The notes under the pieces were generated by a model that worked only from the letters and a program-made list of their open reading frames with translations, was not told where the DNA came from and ran no database searches. A stretch of 63,994 nt of DNA, filler included, from Octopus bimaculoides (lineage: Eukaryota), in assembly GCF_001194135.2 (NCBI RefSeq). It is 7 parts of 6 records of this genome, joined end to end, with 100 filler letters (N's around TTAATTAATTAA, not from the genome) between each part and the next. Parts side by side here need not be neighbours in the genome. Positions count along the whole stretch, not along the records: positions 50,160 to 55,062 come from NC_068981.1; positions 55,163 to 61,391 come from NW_026313374.1; positions 61,492 to 62,886 come from NC_068981.1; positions 62,987 to 63,994 come from NW_026311779.1; 3 more parts are not named here. One strand, 5' to 3'. This document shows positions 51,281 through 63,994 of this stretch, piece by piece. Within the stretch, counting starts at the first letter, position 1, and each line of letters starts with the position of its first letter. Position numbers and translations under genes: made by a program.

Positions 51281-52854
51281 CACATTTATATATATACGTT
51301 TGTATGTATGTCTGTCTATAGTATGTACGTATATGAGAGTGTGCTTATGTGTGTCTGTGTGAGAGACAGAGAGACTGAGTACGCAACTGTATGTCTGTAT
51401 ATTATGCACGTATGTATACGTATCTTTACATCAATATGTATAGTCATATATTGCTTTTTCTTTTCACTGTTTTGTTCAAGCAATTTACAGTTTGACTCCA
51501 TTTGCTATTTTGACAACTCTCTTTTCTACCATTCAGAAAAAAAAATAAATTGATTATTTATTTTTCATTGTACTTCTTAATGTAGCAATGTAATAAAATT
51601 CTACTGTTATATTTTATTGCTAAGAGACATGGGCAAAATATTATACACATCATATTATTCCTTTTTATCGGTTTAGATTTTTGTTCAAACTACAGTGTGG
51701 GTTATTTTGAATTCAAATCATTGATACTTGGAATGTACGCGACATTCTCCATTTGGTGATTCAAATTGTGTTCAGTAAGTATTATCAATATGAGTATGAC
51801 AGAAAAGATGTATAAGTTTGGAGAATGCTAAGTGAATATTGGGCATTTTCATGTTCCGTTGCAGGTAAATAAATCCTCGAAGTAACTGGGAAAAATAAAA
51901 ATATATACGGGTACATAATCCACAAACATACACACATAAATGTCGACATACATAGATGCTCCATTGAATGGAACTTTGTCCAACTCACAGCCACAACAAT
52001 ACATATACATGTGTGTGTGTGTGTTTGTGTGTGTATTTACGCGTATGTGTGCGTCCGGGTATATGCACATGTATATATATACATATATATGTGTGTGTAT
52101 ATATATATATATATATATGGGAGAATATACAANNNNNNNNNNNNNNNNNNNNNNNNNNNNNNNNNNNNNNNNNNNNNNNNNNNNNNNNNNNNNNNNNNNN
52201 NNNNNNNNNNNNNNNNNNNNNNNNNNNNNNNNNNNNNNNNNNNNNNNNNNNNNNNNNNNNNNNNNNNNNNNNNNNNNNNNNNNNNNNNNNNNNNNNNNNN
52301 NNNNNNNNNNNNNNNNNNNNNNNNNNNNNNNNNNNNNNNNNNNNNNNNNNNNNNNNNNNNNNNNNNNNNNNNNNNNNNNNNNNNNNNNNNNNNNNNNNNN
52401 NNNNNNNNNNNNNNNNNNNNNNNNNNNNNNNNNNNNNNNNNNNNNNNNNNNNNNNNNNNNNNNNNNNNNNNNNNNNNNNNNNNNNNNNNNNNNNNNNNNN
52501 NNNNNNNNNNNNNNNNNNNNNNNNNNNNNNNNNNNACACACACGTGTATATATATATATATATATATGTATAATTCCAAGATAGTTAGATGTTTTGAATC
52601 CAACCAACTTAGAGATATTATCTATCCAATATACCGCTGGTAGTATACTACCCAATTATTAATACACAAGTATTTTTTTTTTATTTCATATATATTCAGT
52701 ATTTCATTACCGAGTGTAATAGATGGGTGAGGTAACAAGTTATTTTACTCTTAATTTATACACCAGTAAAAAAAATGGAGGGGATCAAGAGGTGTTATTC
52801 ATCAACTTTTAGACATTATATTATGTTTATTTATTTATTTTTTAAGACAATTAT

Positions 52855-53070
52855 AACAATATACATACATGTATAACATATGCTTTACATGTATAATACA
52901 ATATATAAAAATACCAGTAATTATTAAAATATATAACGTAGATCATACAAGTTAGGACGTATAAGTACGTTCTATGCTATACGTTATATATTTTGATAAT
53001 TACTGGTATTTTTGCATTTTATATATTATATATATAAAGAATGATATATTATACATGTATGTATATGTTA
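52855..53070. repeat. AT-rich inverted-repeat element
   Basis: Inner arms AAAAATACCAGTAATTATTAAAATATATAACGTA (52907-52940) and its near-perfect reverse complement (52980-53013); outer arms ATACATACATGTATAA. Confidence 0.65.
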
Positions 53071-53838
53071 TGTCTCAAGCTACTGCTATCTAGTACCTTC
53101 GGATGATCTCCACTCAACCGCTACACGGGCGTAGACACAACAGTATATTGTAATAATTCTCTCTTTAAAAAATAAATAAACATGATATAATGTCTAAAAT
53201 TTAATGAATACCACCCTTGATCCCCTCCATTTTCTATTTATTGGTATATATATATATATATATATATACATGCATACATATATATACACATGTGTGTGCA
53301 TGTGTATATGTGTGTGATTGTGCGTGTGTGTGTGCACCCACGTGAGGGCATGTGTATTGTTCGCATTATATTTCAATAACTTTGAGGTTAAGAATGAAAT
53401 ATGTGTATAAACGTGTGCGCGCGCGCGTGTTTGCATCTGTATTATGTAGACCTATTGCGTAGTGCTTTGTGGTATCCGGCTCACTTCTATAAGGTTATGA
53501 CCTTGGTTCCCGGCCTCAGGTGGCATAAATAAGTAGCACCTATATTTCAAAAGACGAGTGTTGTCACTTTTTGCGTCATTCTGCATCTCCATGGAAAGTA
53601 CGTTAAACGTATGCGCGTCTTTGGAGTGCTCCGTTACTTGTACGTTACTTTCACGAGTACACTATCCTGTTGAACGGATGAAGTGCAACCATCGTTGTAT
53701 ATATATATATATATATATATATTTATTGTTGTACATAGGGATGGTCATATTGCCAGTTTAGCCAATAAAAACACACGCACTGTATATTTGGTGTTAATTT
53801 GTTTCAGCTTTATATTACATTAATCTTAATCTTATTTC

Positions 53839-53883
53839 GGCCAGAGTCTTTTCGTCACACTTCTGTGACCTCATCAGTGGTCC
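53839..53883 (-). ncRNA. Type-I hammerhead ribozyme-like motif in the 3' region of a PLE
   Basis: Minus: GGACCA-CUGAUGA-G-GUCACA gaag UGUGAC-GAAA-AGA-CUC-UGGCC; intact core, 6-bp stem II, stem I ACCA/UGGC with one mismatch. Confidence 0.55.
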
Positions 53884-54289
53884 TTTGTTTCCTTCTTTCT
53901 TATGTGTGTCTCACCTTGCTAACTATCAGCCATTTTGTATTTCGTATTCCTATTGTATGTGTCTACGCATGCGTGTCCTTCAACGTGTCTATGTTTTTTG
54001 TAAGTGCATGTGTGTAAATGGGGAGCGTCTGTATCATCTATATTCTCTGTTAATACGTGTTCGTTTGTATTTGTTTTTATTTATTTATTTGTTCATGTGT
54101 GTGTGTGTGTTTTTTTTTGTTTTTGTTTTTTTTTGTTTTTTTATCTACTGTTTTTTTGTGTTTAATTAAATTTTGTTAACGTATGCAGTATTTAATTACA
54201 TTTGTTTATCTATGTATTGTATTATACTTTGTTCATATTATTATTGGTTTATGGGTAACATGTTGTCACATGCTGTGGTGTGTGGTTTG

Positions 54290-55062
54290 TTAGTGGTGTG
54301 TGTTAGTGTTCCATTCTAGTTTCCTATTCAGGCTAGGTTTCTCTTCTATTGTGTGTGTAGCTTCAGTAATTTGTCTAAGTGCTGCATCACTGCTACGTGT
54401 GGATAAGATTTTAATCTCTATGTTGTTGATTGAGCCTCTATGTTCTTGCTCAGCGTGCTGGTACAGAACTGATGAGTTCTTCCTTTCCTTAAGTTCCTTC
54501 CGATGATCGTTTGCCCACTCCCCTATGCTCCTTGCTGTTTCGCCTACATACGTCATTGTCTTATTTCTGCATCGTCNNNNNNNNNNNNNNNNNNNNNNNN
54601 NNNNNNNNNNNNNNNNNNNNNNNNNNNNNNNNNNNNNNNNNNNNNNNNNNNNNNNNNNNNNNNNNNNNNNNNNNNNNNNNNNNNNNNNNNNNNNNNNNNN
54701 NNNNNNNNNNNNNNNNNNNNNNCTCTGTACATCTTATAATATAGACCACATTTCTGGTTTTGCAGTTCGTTTGTGGGCTAAATCTACATACGACACAGTT
54801 CCTATCAGTGCAGGGGGTTCTACTGAAAGGGTATGTTCTAATGATAAGGGATTTAATAAGGTTGCCTGGCCTTTCAACAACCTTAATTCTTAGCTTAAGT
54901 TTGTCTAGGGCCCTTCTAAAGCGGTACGCGAGTTCACCACTAGGGGTGGTGTCGACGAACATGACGCTCTGGTACTTGTGGCTATCGTACCATGAGCTTG
55001 CCTTCCCTATTTTCTTCTTAGTCCGTTCTATGGTGTTCCATGATTTGCTCCTATAGAGTGGG
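54290..55062 (-). mobile_element. Penelope-like element C-terminus (Cys-rich linker and GIY-YIG endonuclease), probably Naiad-type
   Basis: Stop-free on each side of the gap: PLYRSKSWNTIERTKKK..WY..SVMFVDTTPSGELA..IKVVERPG..PCTDRNCVVC..NC..NVVYIIRC / RCRNKTMTYVGETARS..HAEQEH..LRQITEA..LNRKLEW. Confidence 0.85.
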
Positions 55063-55386
55063 NNNNNNNNNNNNNNNNNNNNNNNNNNNNNNNNNNNNNN
55101 NNNNNNTTAATTAATTAANNNNNNNNNNNNNNNNNNNNNNNNNNNNNNNNNNNNNNNNNNNNTATATATATATATATAAAAGCATGTGTGCATTTATGTA
55201 GATTTCTGTTGCATTTTACTCTTAATTGTCTTCCCTATAACAAATACATTCGTGTATTTCTCCAATGGTGTGGCTATATATTCATTTTGTGTGTTAATGT
55301 ATCTACATGCATGTATACATTTCTATATGCATACACACATATATGTAGATATGCAGTAATAACATGTGTTTGTGCATTTGCGCACA

Positions 55387-55417
<31 letters not shown>

Positions 55418-55439
55418 ATGGTGCAGTCTCTAGGCAGAC

Positions 55440-56300
55440 ATCAATCCAAGAACTGTGCTGATACCACTACTGTCTGTAGTGGCTCTCTCAAACATGCCCT
55501 CTGTTGTAGAGTTAGCCACTCACACCAGCTACGCTGGTGATACAAAGATATCTCAGGTGGTCAAGGACCTGGATGACAGTAAAACTGAAAAATGACTCAC
55601 AAATGCAATATACAGCTCAATGTAAATAAGTTTCTAGCACTCCACTATCGGCCCATAAACAGACTACAATCAAAATAAATAGTATCAACGGGCAGTGCAA
55701 TCCTAGAGTTAGAATCAGCGCATGACCTGGGCTTCCACATGACTAATGAGGCAATGTTCCATGTGCATATTGTGAAGATGGCAGCACTTTGCAGGTGAAT
55801 AGCCGGATGGATCCTTAGATCCTTCAGAAATAGAAATAAGGATCCTTTGCCACTCCTATGGATGACATTTGTCCTCAATTATCTGGATTCCTGTTTCCAA
55901 CTGTAGTTGCCACAGAGCATCAAATTGGTGGCAGAACTTGAAGCAACACAAAGAAGATTGACTCAGTAAAACAGATAAGCTGCTGATAGAGGCTACAAGA
56001 AGTGAAGCTCTACTCCCTGAAGAGAAAGCGAGAAAGGTATGCAGTGATGTAAATATGTAAGGTCCTGGAAGGTCTAGCTCCCAGCTTTTGAATTAAAAGC
56101 TATGCCAACTACCGAACTGGACAACACTGCATACTACCAAAAGTACCATCTACTTCATCTCAGATAAGAACCCAATATTGCAACAGCTTGGGATTCAAGG
56201 GACCACAGCTGTTTAATATCCTGCCAAGGAACCTAGGAGATCTGCAAGGTTTAGATGTAGAAATGTTGAAGAAGCACCTGGACAAATTTCTATTAGGAGT
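55440..56300 (+). mobile_element. CR1/L2-group LINE, RT C-terminal fragment, decayed
   Basis: SYAGDTKISQ (YADD), QLNVNKFLALHY, HDLGFHM, AGWILRSF, LEATQR, LYSLKRKRERY, NSLGFKGPQLFNILP..KKHLDKFL. Confidence 0.85.
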
Positions 56301-56426
56301 ACAATGGAATGGAAGTGTGTTTTGTTAACTTGTGGTGTTGATCCCCTACTTAGTATCAAGACAGTGGCTGGATATATATGTGTGTGTATTTTGGTATATT
56401 AATGTATTTTGAGGTATTACTTCTTG

Positions 56427-56465
<39 letters not shown>

Positions 56466-56765
56466 TCACACATACATACGTATATACTAAAAGCAATAGA
56501 AATTTATTGGTCCATGTTACATAATTATGTATTTGGTTATAACTTCTGTTGTAGAAAAAATACAATTAATGGGAAGGCTTATAGAAGGGTTTTCATCTCT
56601 GGATATAGAGACTGAAATCTAAACATTTTAAATGACTTCACTCTGGTATCCTACAATGTTTTTGCTGATTTTTACATTTAATGCATTCAGTTATTCATAA
56701 AAATGCATGCTTGTTTGATGCACAAGTGCACACGTGTACCAACCCAAATACACACACACACACAC

Positions 56766-56813
<48 letters not shown>

Positions 56814-59027
56814 CTACATATACACATTTGTGACAATGCTTGTTGGTGTTTGTCATTTTAGTGTAACGACATCAGAAGTACAAAGATAGGAGATTTGCAT
56901 ACCTGGGTAACTATGAATCATTCTTAGAAACAAAAAAACTGCTGACCATGTCCTCAGGAGACTTAAAGAGGTACTACATACAGAAGCATTAACACATACA
57001 TATATCAATATTTGNNNNNNNNNNNNNNNNNNNNNNNNNNNNNNNNNTATATATATATATATATATATTCACACACACATAGATATGCATAGGTATAGAT
57101 ATATGCATTATAATTTATATGTATATATATATATATATACACATACACACAAATAGTTAAAAGGAAACTTGCTAAAATTGTCTTTTATTACAACAGCATT
57201 GTTATAGGTTTCAAATATAATCAATTTAATCGATATAATGCTTCAAAATAATTCCAATATCCCTCTCTCTTTCCTTCTTTATACACAACTTAGATACATA
57301 CACACATATATGTATGTATGTATGTATGTATGTATATATTCTATTATACATATCTTTCTCTCTCTATATATCTTTCTTCACATGCGTAATATACATACAC
57401 TCATAAATGTGTATATGTGCACACATATAAATGTATTTATGTGCATATACACATTCAAACGCGCACACACACGCACACACACACACATACACACACACAC
57501 ACACTTATATTTATAAATATATACACTTTCATACTCATCTGTGTGGTGTTTATTTTGAAGTATTAGAATCGATTAAATTGAACATATTTGAAAGCCATAA
57601 AAATGCAGTTTTAATATATAACGCAGTTTTATTATTTTTACAATCTCAGCATGTTCTTTTCAAAAATTACTGTAGAACATAGAAGACTGTCGGCAAAACC
57701 ATAATTGAGAAGGCACTGAATATATAGACAGCCTCATGTTGAGGAACGTGGTCAGAGAAAGATATTGGAATTAAAACAGTCTGTAAATATGTCCTGATTA
57801 TAAGCCATTCCTATGTTCATCATGTAATGTCTTGTTTTGATGCTGAAATGGTATGGATAGACTGCTTTTATTATTTTTCAATACCTGCTACAGAAAAACA
57901 GTTTTCATGACAGATATATAGCATATGTCTGTTTGGTATCATTTTCCTTAGCAATGTTGAAGTCTTCAATTAACTGATTATGCGCTTATTGGCATCATTT
58001 CAAGTTTGTCCAGTCACATCATAAATGTTGTTTGAAATTGTAAGACATAGAATGGTTATGAATCTATGTTGCATGAAATCATAATAGGTATAGTTTTCAC
58101 ACCTGTTTGAGTTAATTCCCTTGTTTGCTATATTTATCCCAAAACATTTGCTAGCTTGAGGTATCCTCTTGTACAGAGAGCTTATGAAGTATTTCACCTG
58201 GATTATGAATCCTTTTATATATATATGTAAAATTCACACAGATAATGAATTAGGTATCTTTTATGAGGGCTTCCAGTTATTGTAGGGAAGTATTTGGAGG
58301 AATTCACTTCTGTAGATCAGTTTCATTAATTAAGCAGTCCATGGTCAATCAAGAGAAATGAGTGGACACAACAGCCCCGCTTTTGTTCTTTTCAAGATTA
58401 AAGTGAACTCACATCTCTTTGCAGTGACTGACCAATTCATTGTTGGTAAATGGACCACAGACTTACGAATTAGACTTGTGACAGACTTCGAATCAGATTG
58501 CTTGTATTCCAACATTAACCTTAGGACTTGTTCGCTTAACCCAGTGAATTTCTATGTGTAGAGTGCTTGTATTATTATTATGCCTGGATTACTAATCCTG
58601 CTTTATTTTGACATTTGACTACACACACACACACACACACACACATACATACATACGTACAAACACACACACACATACACACACAAACGCACACACACAA
58701 CACAAATGTATATATGTAGAAATGTTATTTAAAAAATAAAAGATTACTAATACAGGATACAAGACGGGTATGTTTCAGGTGGATATGTTGGCATTTAATT
58801 CCAGATCTCTGTAATACCATAGTTGATCAGATATGGATCGATTAAAATGCATCGTTAATAAATCACTGAATTATGTAATACCAATGTACCCAAAACGCAC
58901 ATAAGCTGATTAAAATGTATTATTCTACATTCATTTTCCATTGTATCTTTTTAGAAATATACTCATATCAAAATATATACACACATACATATATACATTT
59001 ATATACTTTATGTTTGTACATATATCC

Positions 59028-59065
<38 letters not shown>

Positions 59066-59679
59066 GTATATGCCACACACACACATATAGAAGCCCTTCA
59101 TCTAAGTGTTATTGATGGCTACATATTTTGTTGTTGTTGTTCATCTTCTTCATCTTCTTGCCCTCCTTTTCCTCCTCCTCCTCATCACCATCATCATGAC
59201 CATCTTCATCGTCATCAATGTTACTATTTGATTCCTTCTTAATTTTTTTATTTTTTTTGGTCTTTTGGTTTATATATTTATAATAAATTCTGATTTGATG
59301 GTCTTCATTTGCATACATCATAATTTCATTAATGCTAACATTATTTTAGAGATTTCTTATCTCTCTCTCTCTCTCTTATATAACCAGAGCACGAAAATGA
59401 AACCTTTTATCTTTAGATTTTCTCTTCCGGTGATTTATTTCTATCTCTTTGTATTTACCCCATCCCTTTCCATTTTTTGCTATTTTGTTTTATATCAATC
59501 ATTTTCCCTCCCTTTTGATTTTGTATATTTTATTAAAACAGAAACACAATATCATCGCTGTATGTAGGCCATTATGGTTGTTGTAGTAGATATTATTATT
59601 GTTTAACTCCCAGATGAAAGGCTTTCCGTTAGTGGTCACCGCGTCCTATTTGTTTTCTATTTGCTCTTTGTACTAACTG

Positions 59680-60052
59680 GCATAGGCATGGCTGTGTGAG
59701 TAAGAAGCTTTGCATCCACATGGTTCTGGGTTCAGTCCCACTGCACAGCACCCTGGGCAAGTGTCTTTTACTATAGCCCTGAGCCTTGTGAAAGAATATC
59801 GTTGATGGAAACTCAGTGGAAGCCCATTGTATATATACGTATGTGTGTGTTTCAATGTCAATGTTTACCTTCTTACCTCATTGCTTGACACACGCGTTGG
59901 TTTCCTTTCATCTCTTTAGGTTAGCTGTTCAGCAAAAGAGACTGATAAAAAAGTACCAAACTTTAAAACATTAAGTACTAGAAGCAGTTTGGTCAACTAA
60001 GAACCTTTCAAATGGTGCCCCAGTATGACCACAACCCAATGACTGAAACATA
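59680..60052 (+). mobile_element. SINE family B, diverged
   Basis: GGCATGGCTGTGTGAGTAAG..GGGTTCAGTCCCACTG..CCAATGACTGAAAC. Confidence 0.65.
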
Positions 60053-60668
60053 CCGAGGAAAAACGAAGACAACATTCCATTATCCTAAAATCTCTGGAAG
60101 AAGGTTGCTTGTTATTTAAAGGGCATTTAGCAGCTATGTTTTGCCAGTCAAATAGCCATGGGTTGACTCTCTCATTGGTTATTTTTTATTTTTTCTTCCT
60201 GAATCCTTAGAAACTTGCTCAAACTCTCTTGTGAAATTTATTTGGAACCCTTTACTTCCTGAATTCGTATCTCACATTGGCCATCTTTGTTTCTCATCCT
60301 TCAACGGATTCACAAAATAAAGTAGCAGTCAATTTCTAGGGTCGATATTCACATCTGTTCCTTCCCCATAAAATTCTTAGCCTTATTCTTAGAGGAAAAT
60401 TATTATTCAGCTGCAGATCTACTGTGGTTAATCATTTCTATGATAGGAATCATTCCAACCATGATCACATGTATTACCATATTTTAACGTGTATAAGGAA
60501 ACCTTTTTTTGTCAAAAATCAGGTTAAAAAATATGGGAGTTTCTTATACATGGATTGTATTATAACCCCTTACAAAACTGTTTTTCAAATTTTAAGCCCC
60601 CCAAATTAGGGGTTTCCTTATACATTTTAAAATACAGTATATATGTATCTAGGACTACATTTTCTAAT

Positions 60669-61167
60669 GTATTCTTACCTTATGGATGCAGTAGAGAGTC
60701 ATTTGAAGAAGAATCAGTTGTTGCTTTGAGTTGATCAACCAACTATATACATACATCATGGCTAAGAGTTGGCTAATTCATAATTTTAGAAGCGAATGAA
60801 GTCATAAGCATTATAGAGAAACAGTTGGTTTAAAAGTTCATGTGGTAGAATTTCAAATCAAAATCCCAAATGCTGGAAGAATTTCTGCAGGCCATCTCAT
60901 ATGATGCTCTGTTGAAAACCCTATTATGCCACGTCTTGCACCAAACTGAATTCTTCTCATAATAAATTTACTCATGAATTTATTTAAATTAACTGCAATG
61001 TTATGTCTAGCGAAAGATTTTCTCCTTGCTACAAACATCAGAAATAAGTCTCGAAAGTTTGAATTACACCACTTTGTGAGGGCTTCAAAAGTAGAATCCA
61101 GTTTGAATTTTCTGACAACTGATTCTTCTTCAAATGACACTATACTGCATCCATAAGGTAAGAATAC
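60669..61167. mobile_element. ~500-bp element with ~54-bp terminal inverted repeats
   Basis: GTATTCTTACCTTATGGATGCAGTA.AG.GTCATTTGAAGAAGAATCAGTTGT at 60669-60722 and its reverse complement at 61115-61167. Confidence 0.7.
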
Positions 61168-61330
61168 TCTGGGAGTGGTTGGCGTTAGGAAGAGCATCCA
61201 GCTGTAGAAACTCTGCCAAATCAGATTGGAGCCTGGTGTAGCTATCTGGTTCACCAGTCCTCAGTCAAATCGTTCAACCCATGGTAGCATGGAAGGCGGA
61301 CGTTAAACGATGATGATAATGATGATGATA
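61168..61330 (+). mobile_element. RTE-type 3' tail repeat ending GGACGTTAAACGATGATGAT (a minus-strand tail is also seen at ~50030-50059)
   Basis: Shared with 47280-47392; ends in (GAT)n. Confidence 0.6.
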
Positions 61331-61491
61331 GGGAGAGAGAGAGGAGGATATATAAAAGAATGCAGCTAGACAAATGATATATAAATATATANNNNNNNNN
61401 NNNNNNNNNNNNNNNNNNNNNNNNNNNNNNNNNNNTTAATTAATTAANNNNNNNNNNNNNNNNNNNNNNNNNNNNNNNNNNNNNNNNNNNN

Positions 61492-61584
<93 letters not shown>

Positions 61585-62986
61585 TAACAAAAAATATGGG
61601 AAGACAAAATCACATCTTTCGTAGAATTCACCTTACAAAGCCGACAATTGTTTCTGTTGTATCAACATATTTAGATTTTGAAAATATGACTGAAATTAAT
61701 ATTTCCGAAAATACTTGCTAACACAGTGTTTTCAGGGTGATCCAAAATTAATTAAATTCAAAGTGAACTAAGAAAATATTTCCAATTACGAACGCATAGA
61801 AAAAGAACGTTAAGAAGAAAAGCTGTAATCTAAGAAAACTGATTTTTGTATTCAACTCTTGGTGACGTAATGTAGATAACGAAAAAATAAAGAATAAACA
61901 TAAGAATTCTACGTTACGACAATTAGACACAGAGATTCTACGTCACGACAATTAGTTATCTATTTATCAAATATAGTAAAACCTTTTTTTAGAAAAAATA
62001 TGCTTATTAAATAACATATGAAAAGCAATTATAATCAAGAATTAAAATATTTAAATACCTTCCTAAACTTGTGACAAAATTTCATTGTAAAATTCCCATT
62101 AAAATTTAATAAAATTAATTAGAAGAAATTGTACATTACATTTCTTCAAGGCAAAGTTCACATATAGAATTGCTAATATTGTATAATAGTGCGTAACTAA
62201 TAATGAACCACTTTAAATCATACTAAATGTTCCTATCTTTTAAATCACAAATGCATTTACTAAAGAATTACCTTTTCTTCTATACTTGAACGAATGAGAA
62301 TGATTATGAAATCTAGATTTCCATATTGTAGCATATGTAATAATACTTACGATCCCGGTTTATTACCTAGCACTGATAGACTATATTTTCCTTAAACACT
62401 GTTTTTCTAAAGGGCAGACAGTTTTGTTTTTACAGTTACACAGGCATTTATTCACTTGCATATATATTGTCTAATGATCTGAATTTCTCGAAATTCTTCT
62501 AAGTGGTATTTGGAGCTACTTGTCAGCAATGAGGAATTACCTTGAATGTGTATTCTACGTGCATTTTGATTGTTTGAGATAGTTAACCACATTTGTTTAA
62601 AACTGAGTTCTTTATTGATATCTGCTTGGATTTTTAATCCCTTAAAGCAATGACTAGTATTATTACGAAACCGGTATGCTTGTAAATCTCTTTAATAACT
62701 CACAATAATGACTTTTATTACCTTTATTCCTACCTCAGTTCATCTAATTGTATATATATATATCGTTACTTTTCATAAAAAGCCTTACCTTCTTTTTGAT
62801 TTTCAATGTGCATTTTCTCTTATTTTTCTGCTTACTTGCCCCTTACATTTCCACGGGTAGTTTCTATTTTGTTTTTTCAACATATTNNNNNNNNNNNNNN
62901 NNNNNNNNNNNNNNNNNNNNNNNNNNNNNNTTAATTAATTAANNNNNNNNNNNNNNNNNNNNNNNNNNNNNNNNNNNNNNNNNNNN

Positions 62987-63835
62987 ATCTCATTTTAACA
63001 TACATATTTACCAAAATTACATAAAAATATGTTGAAATACCATAGAGTAAATTTATTCAATTAAATCGTCATTGGCTTCAACCACGGTCTCCGGACGACT
63101 TCGGCATATTCTGCAACTCTTCTAGACGCCCTCCTTGTTTAAGCTGGTGAATGCTGCCATAATTCTTGGTGTTGGAGTTTTGTTGCTCTCTCTTTGTTGC
63201 TCTCATCTTTGGTGTTGGAGTTTTGTTGGTCTCTCGCTCAACTGCGCCCCACATATCATAATCAAAGGAGTTACAGCCTGGGAGTTAGGTGGCCAGATGT
63301 TAGGGGTGATGTGGTTGCAGAAATTGTCTGACAGCCATGACTGTGTTCTCCTGCTTGTATGGCAAGGTGCAGAGTCCTGTTGCCAGACATAGGGACTTCC
63401 AGCAGCCACCATCTTGACCCAGGTCAGCACTACCTCCTCCAGGCACTTGATGTAGGCCTCCATGTTGAGTCTAAGGTCTTGTGGGAAGATAAATGGAGGC
63501 ATAACGTCGCCATCACTAGTGGTCACTCCAAACACCATGATGTTGACTAGATGCTTGATTTTTATCGTTCTCGGTACATATCCTCAGATTGCACTGTCCT
63601 CATATTGACACTCAAACACTCTGAAATGTTCGTATAGGAACTTTCGGCGCGAATGCCAATCAGTACAGTATGTCGTTACCAAATTTCTGGCAAAGTGAAT
63701 TGCGTCATGGTGTTGTTTTTCTCACAGATGGTGCCCAACTGATCCTACGGTACTGTGTAGTCGACAAAATTAAAAACAATGTGCATCCACAAAATTAAAA
63801 ATATAAAATGGTGACAAGTTACCCATCGCATCTTG
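62987..63835 (-). mobile_element. maT/DD37D (Bmmar1-like) transposon, internally deleted and frameshifted
   Basis: MVFGVTTSDG..WQQDSAPCH..WPPNS(frameshift)..DY with 37 residues between the Asp residues; N-terminus MTQFTLPEIW*RH..; TA adjacent to the 5' end at 63836-63837. Confidence 0.85.
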
Positions 63836-63849
63836 TATATATATGCATG

Positions 63850-63994
63850 AATATTCTTTTATTTGTTTCAGTCATTTGGCTGTGGCCATGTTGGAGCACT
63901 GCCTTTAGTCGAACAAATTGACCACAGGACTTATTCTATCTGGCTCTTTTGCCGAAACACAGACACACAAACACACACATACACACACACACAC
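63850..63994 (-). mobile_element. SINE family B 3' tail
   Basis: TTGTTTCAGTCATTTGGCTGTGGCCATGTTGGAGCACTGCCTTTAGTCGA, as at 43360-43410. Confidence 0.7.

Noticed and set aside
51690-51781. Strong donor GTAAGT with upstream peptide IDTWNVRDILHLVIQIVF
   Set aside because: All three frames contain a stop after the nearest acceptors; could only be a UTR or non-coding exon, which is unsupported.

Overview
Repeat-saturated, AT-rich animal DNA with many N gaps. The microsatellite load and the SINE/LINE repertoire suggest a coleoid cephalopod such as Octopus; this is an inference, not provable from the window. No host protein-coding gene is confidently recognisable, and almost all long ORFs in the track are microsatellite or gap artefacts. 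Supportable content: decayed R4/Dong-clade RLE LINEs of two families, Penelope-like elements (PLEs), a CR1-like LINE fragment, DD34D mariner and DD37D maT transposase remnants, a Tigger-like element with a nested Helentron-like insert, several foldback/MITE elements and many tRNA-derived SINEs. Six 100-bp N44-TTAATTAATTAA-N44 scaffold joins are present. The most interesting signal is a set of minimal type-I hammerhead-ribozyme-like motifs, several beside PLE remnants. Most have a palindromic loop-less stem III, and several have an extra purine after the CUGANGA core. Second is the apparent microsatellite association of the two R4-like families, (TAA)n versus (CATA)n. All coordinates were read by eye and element boundaries are approximate.
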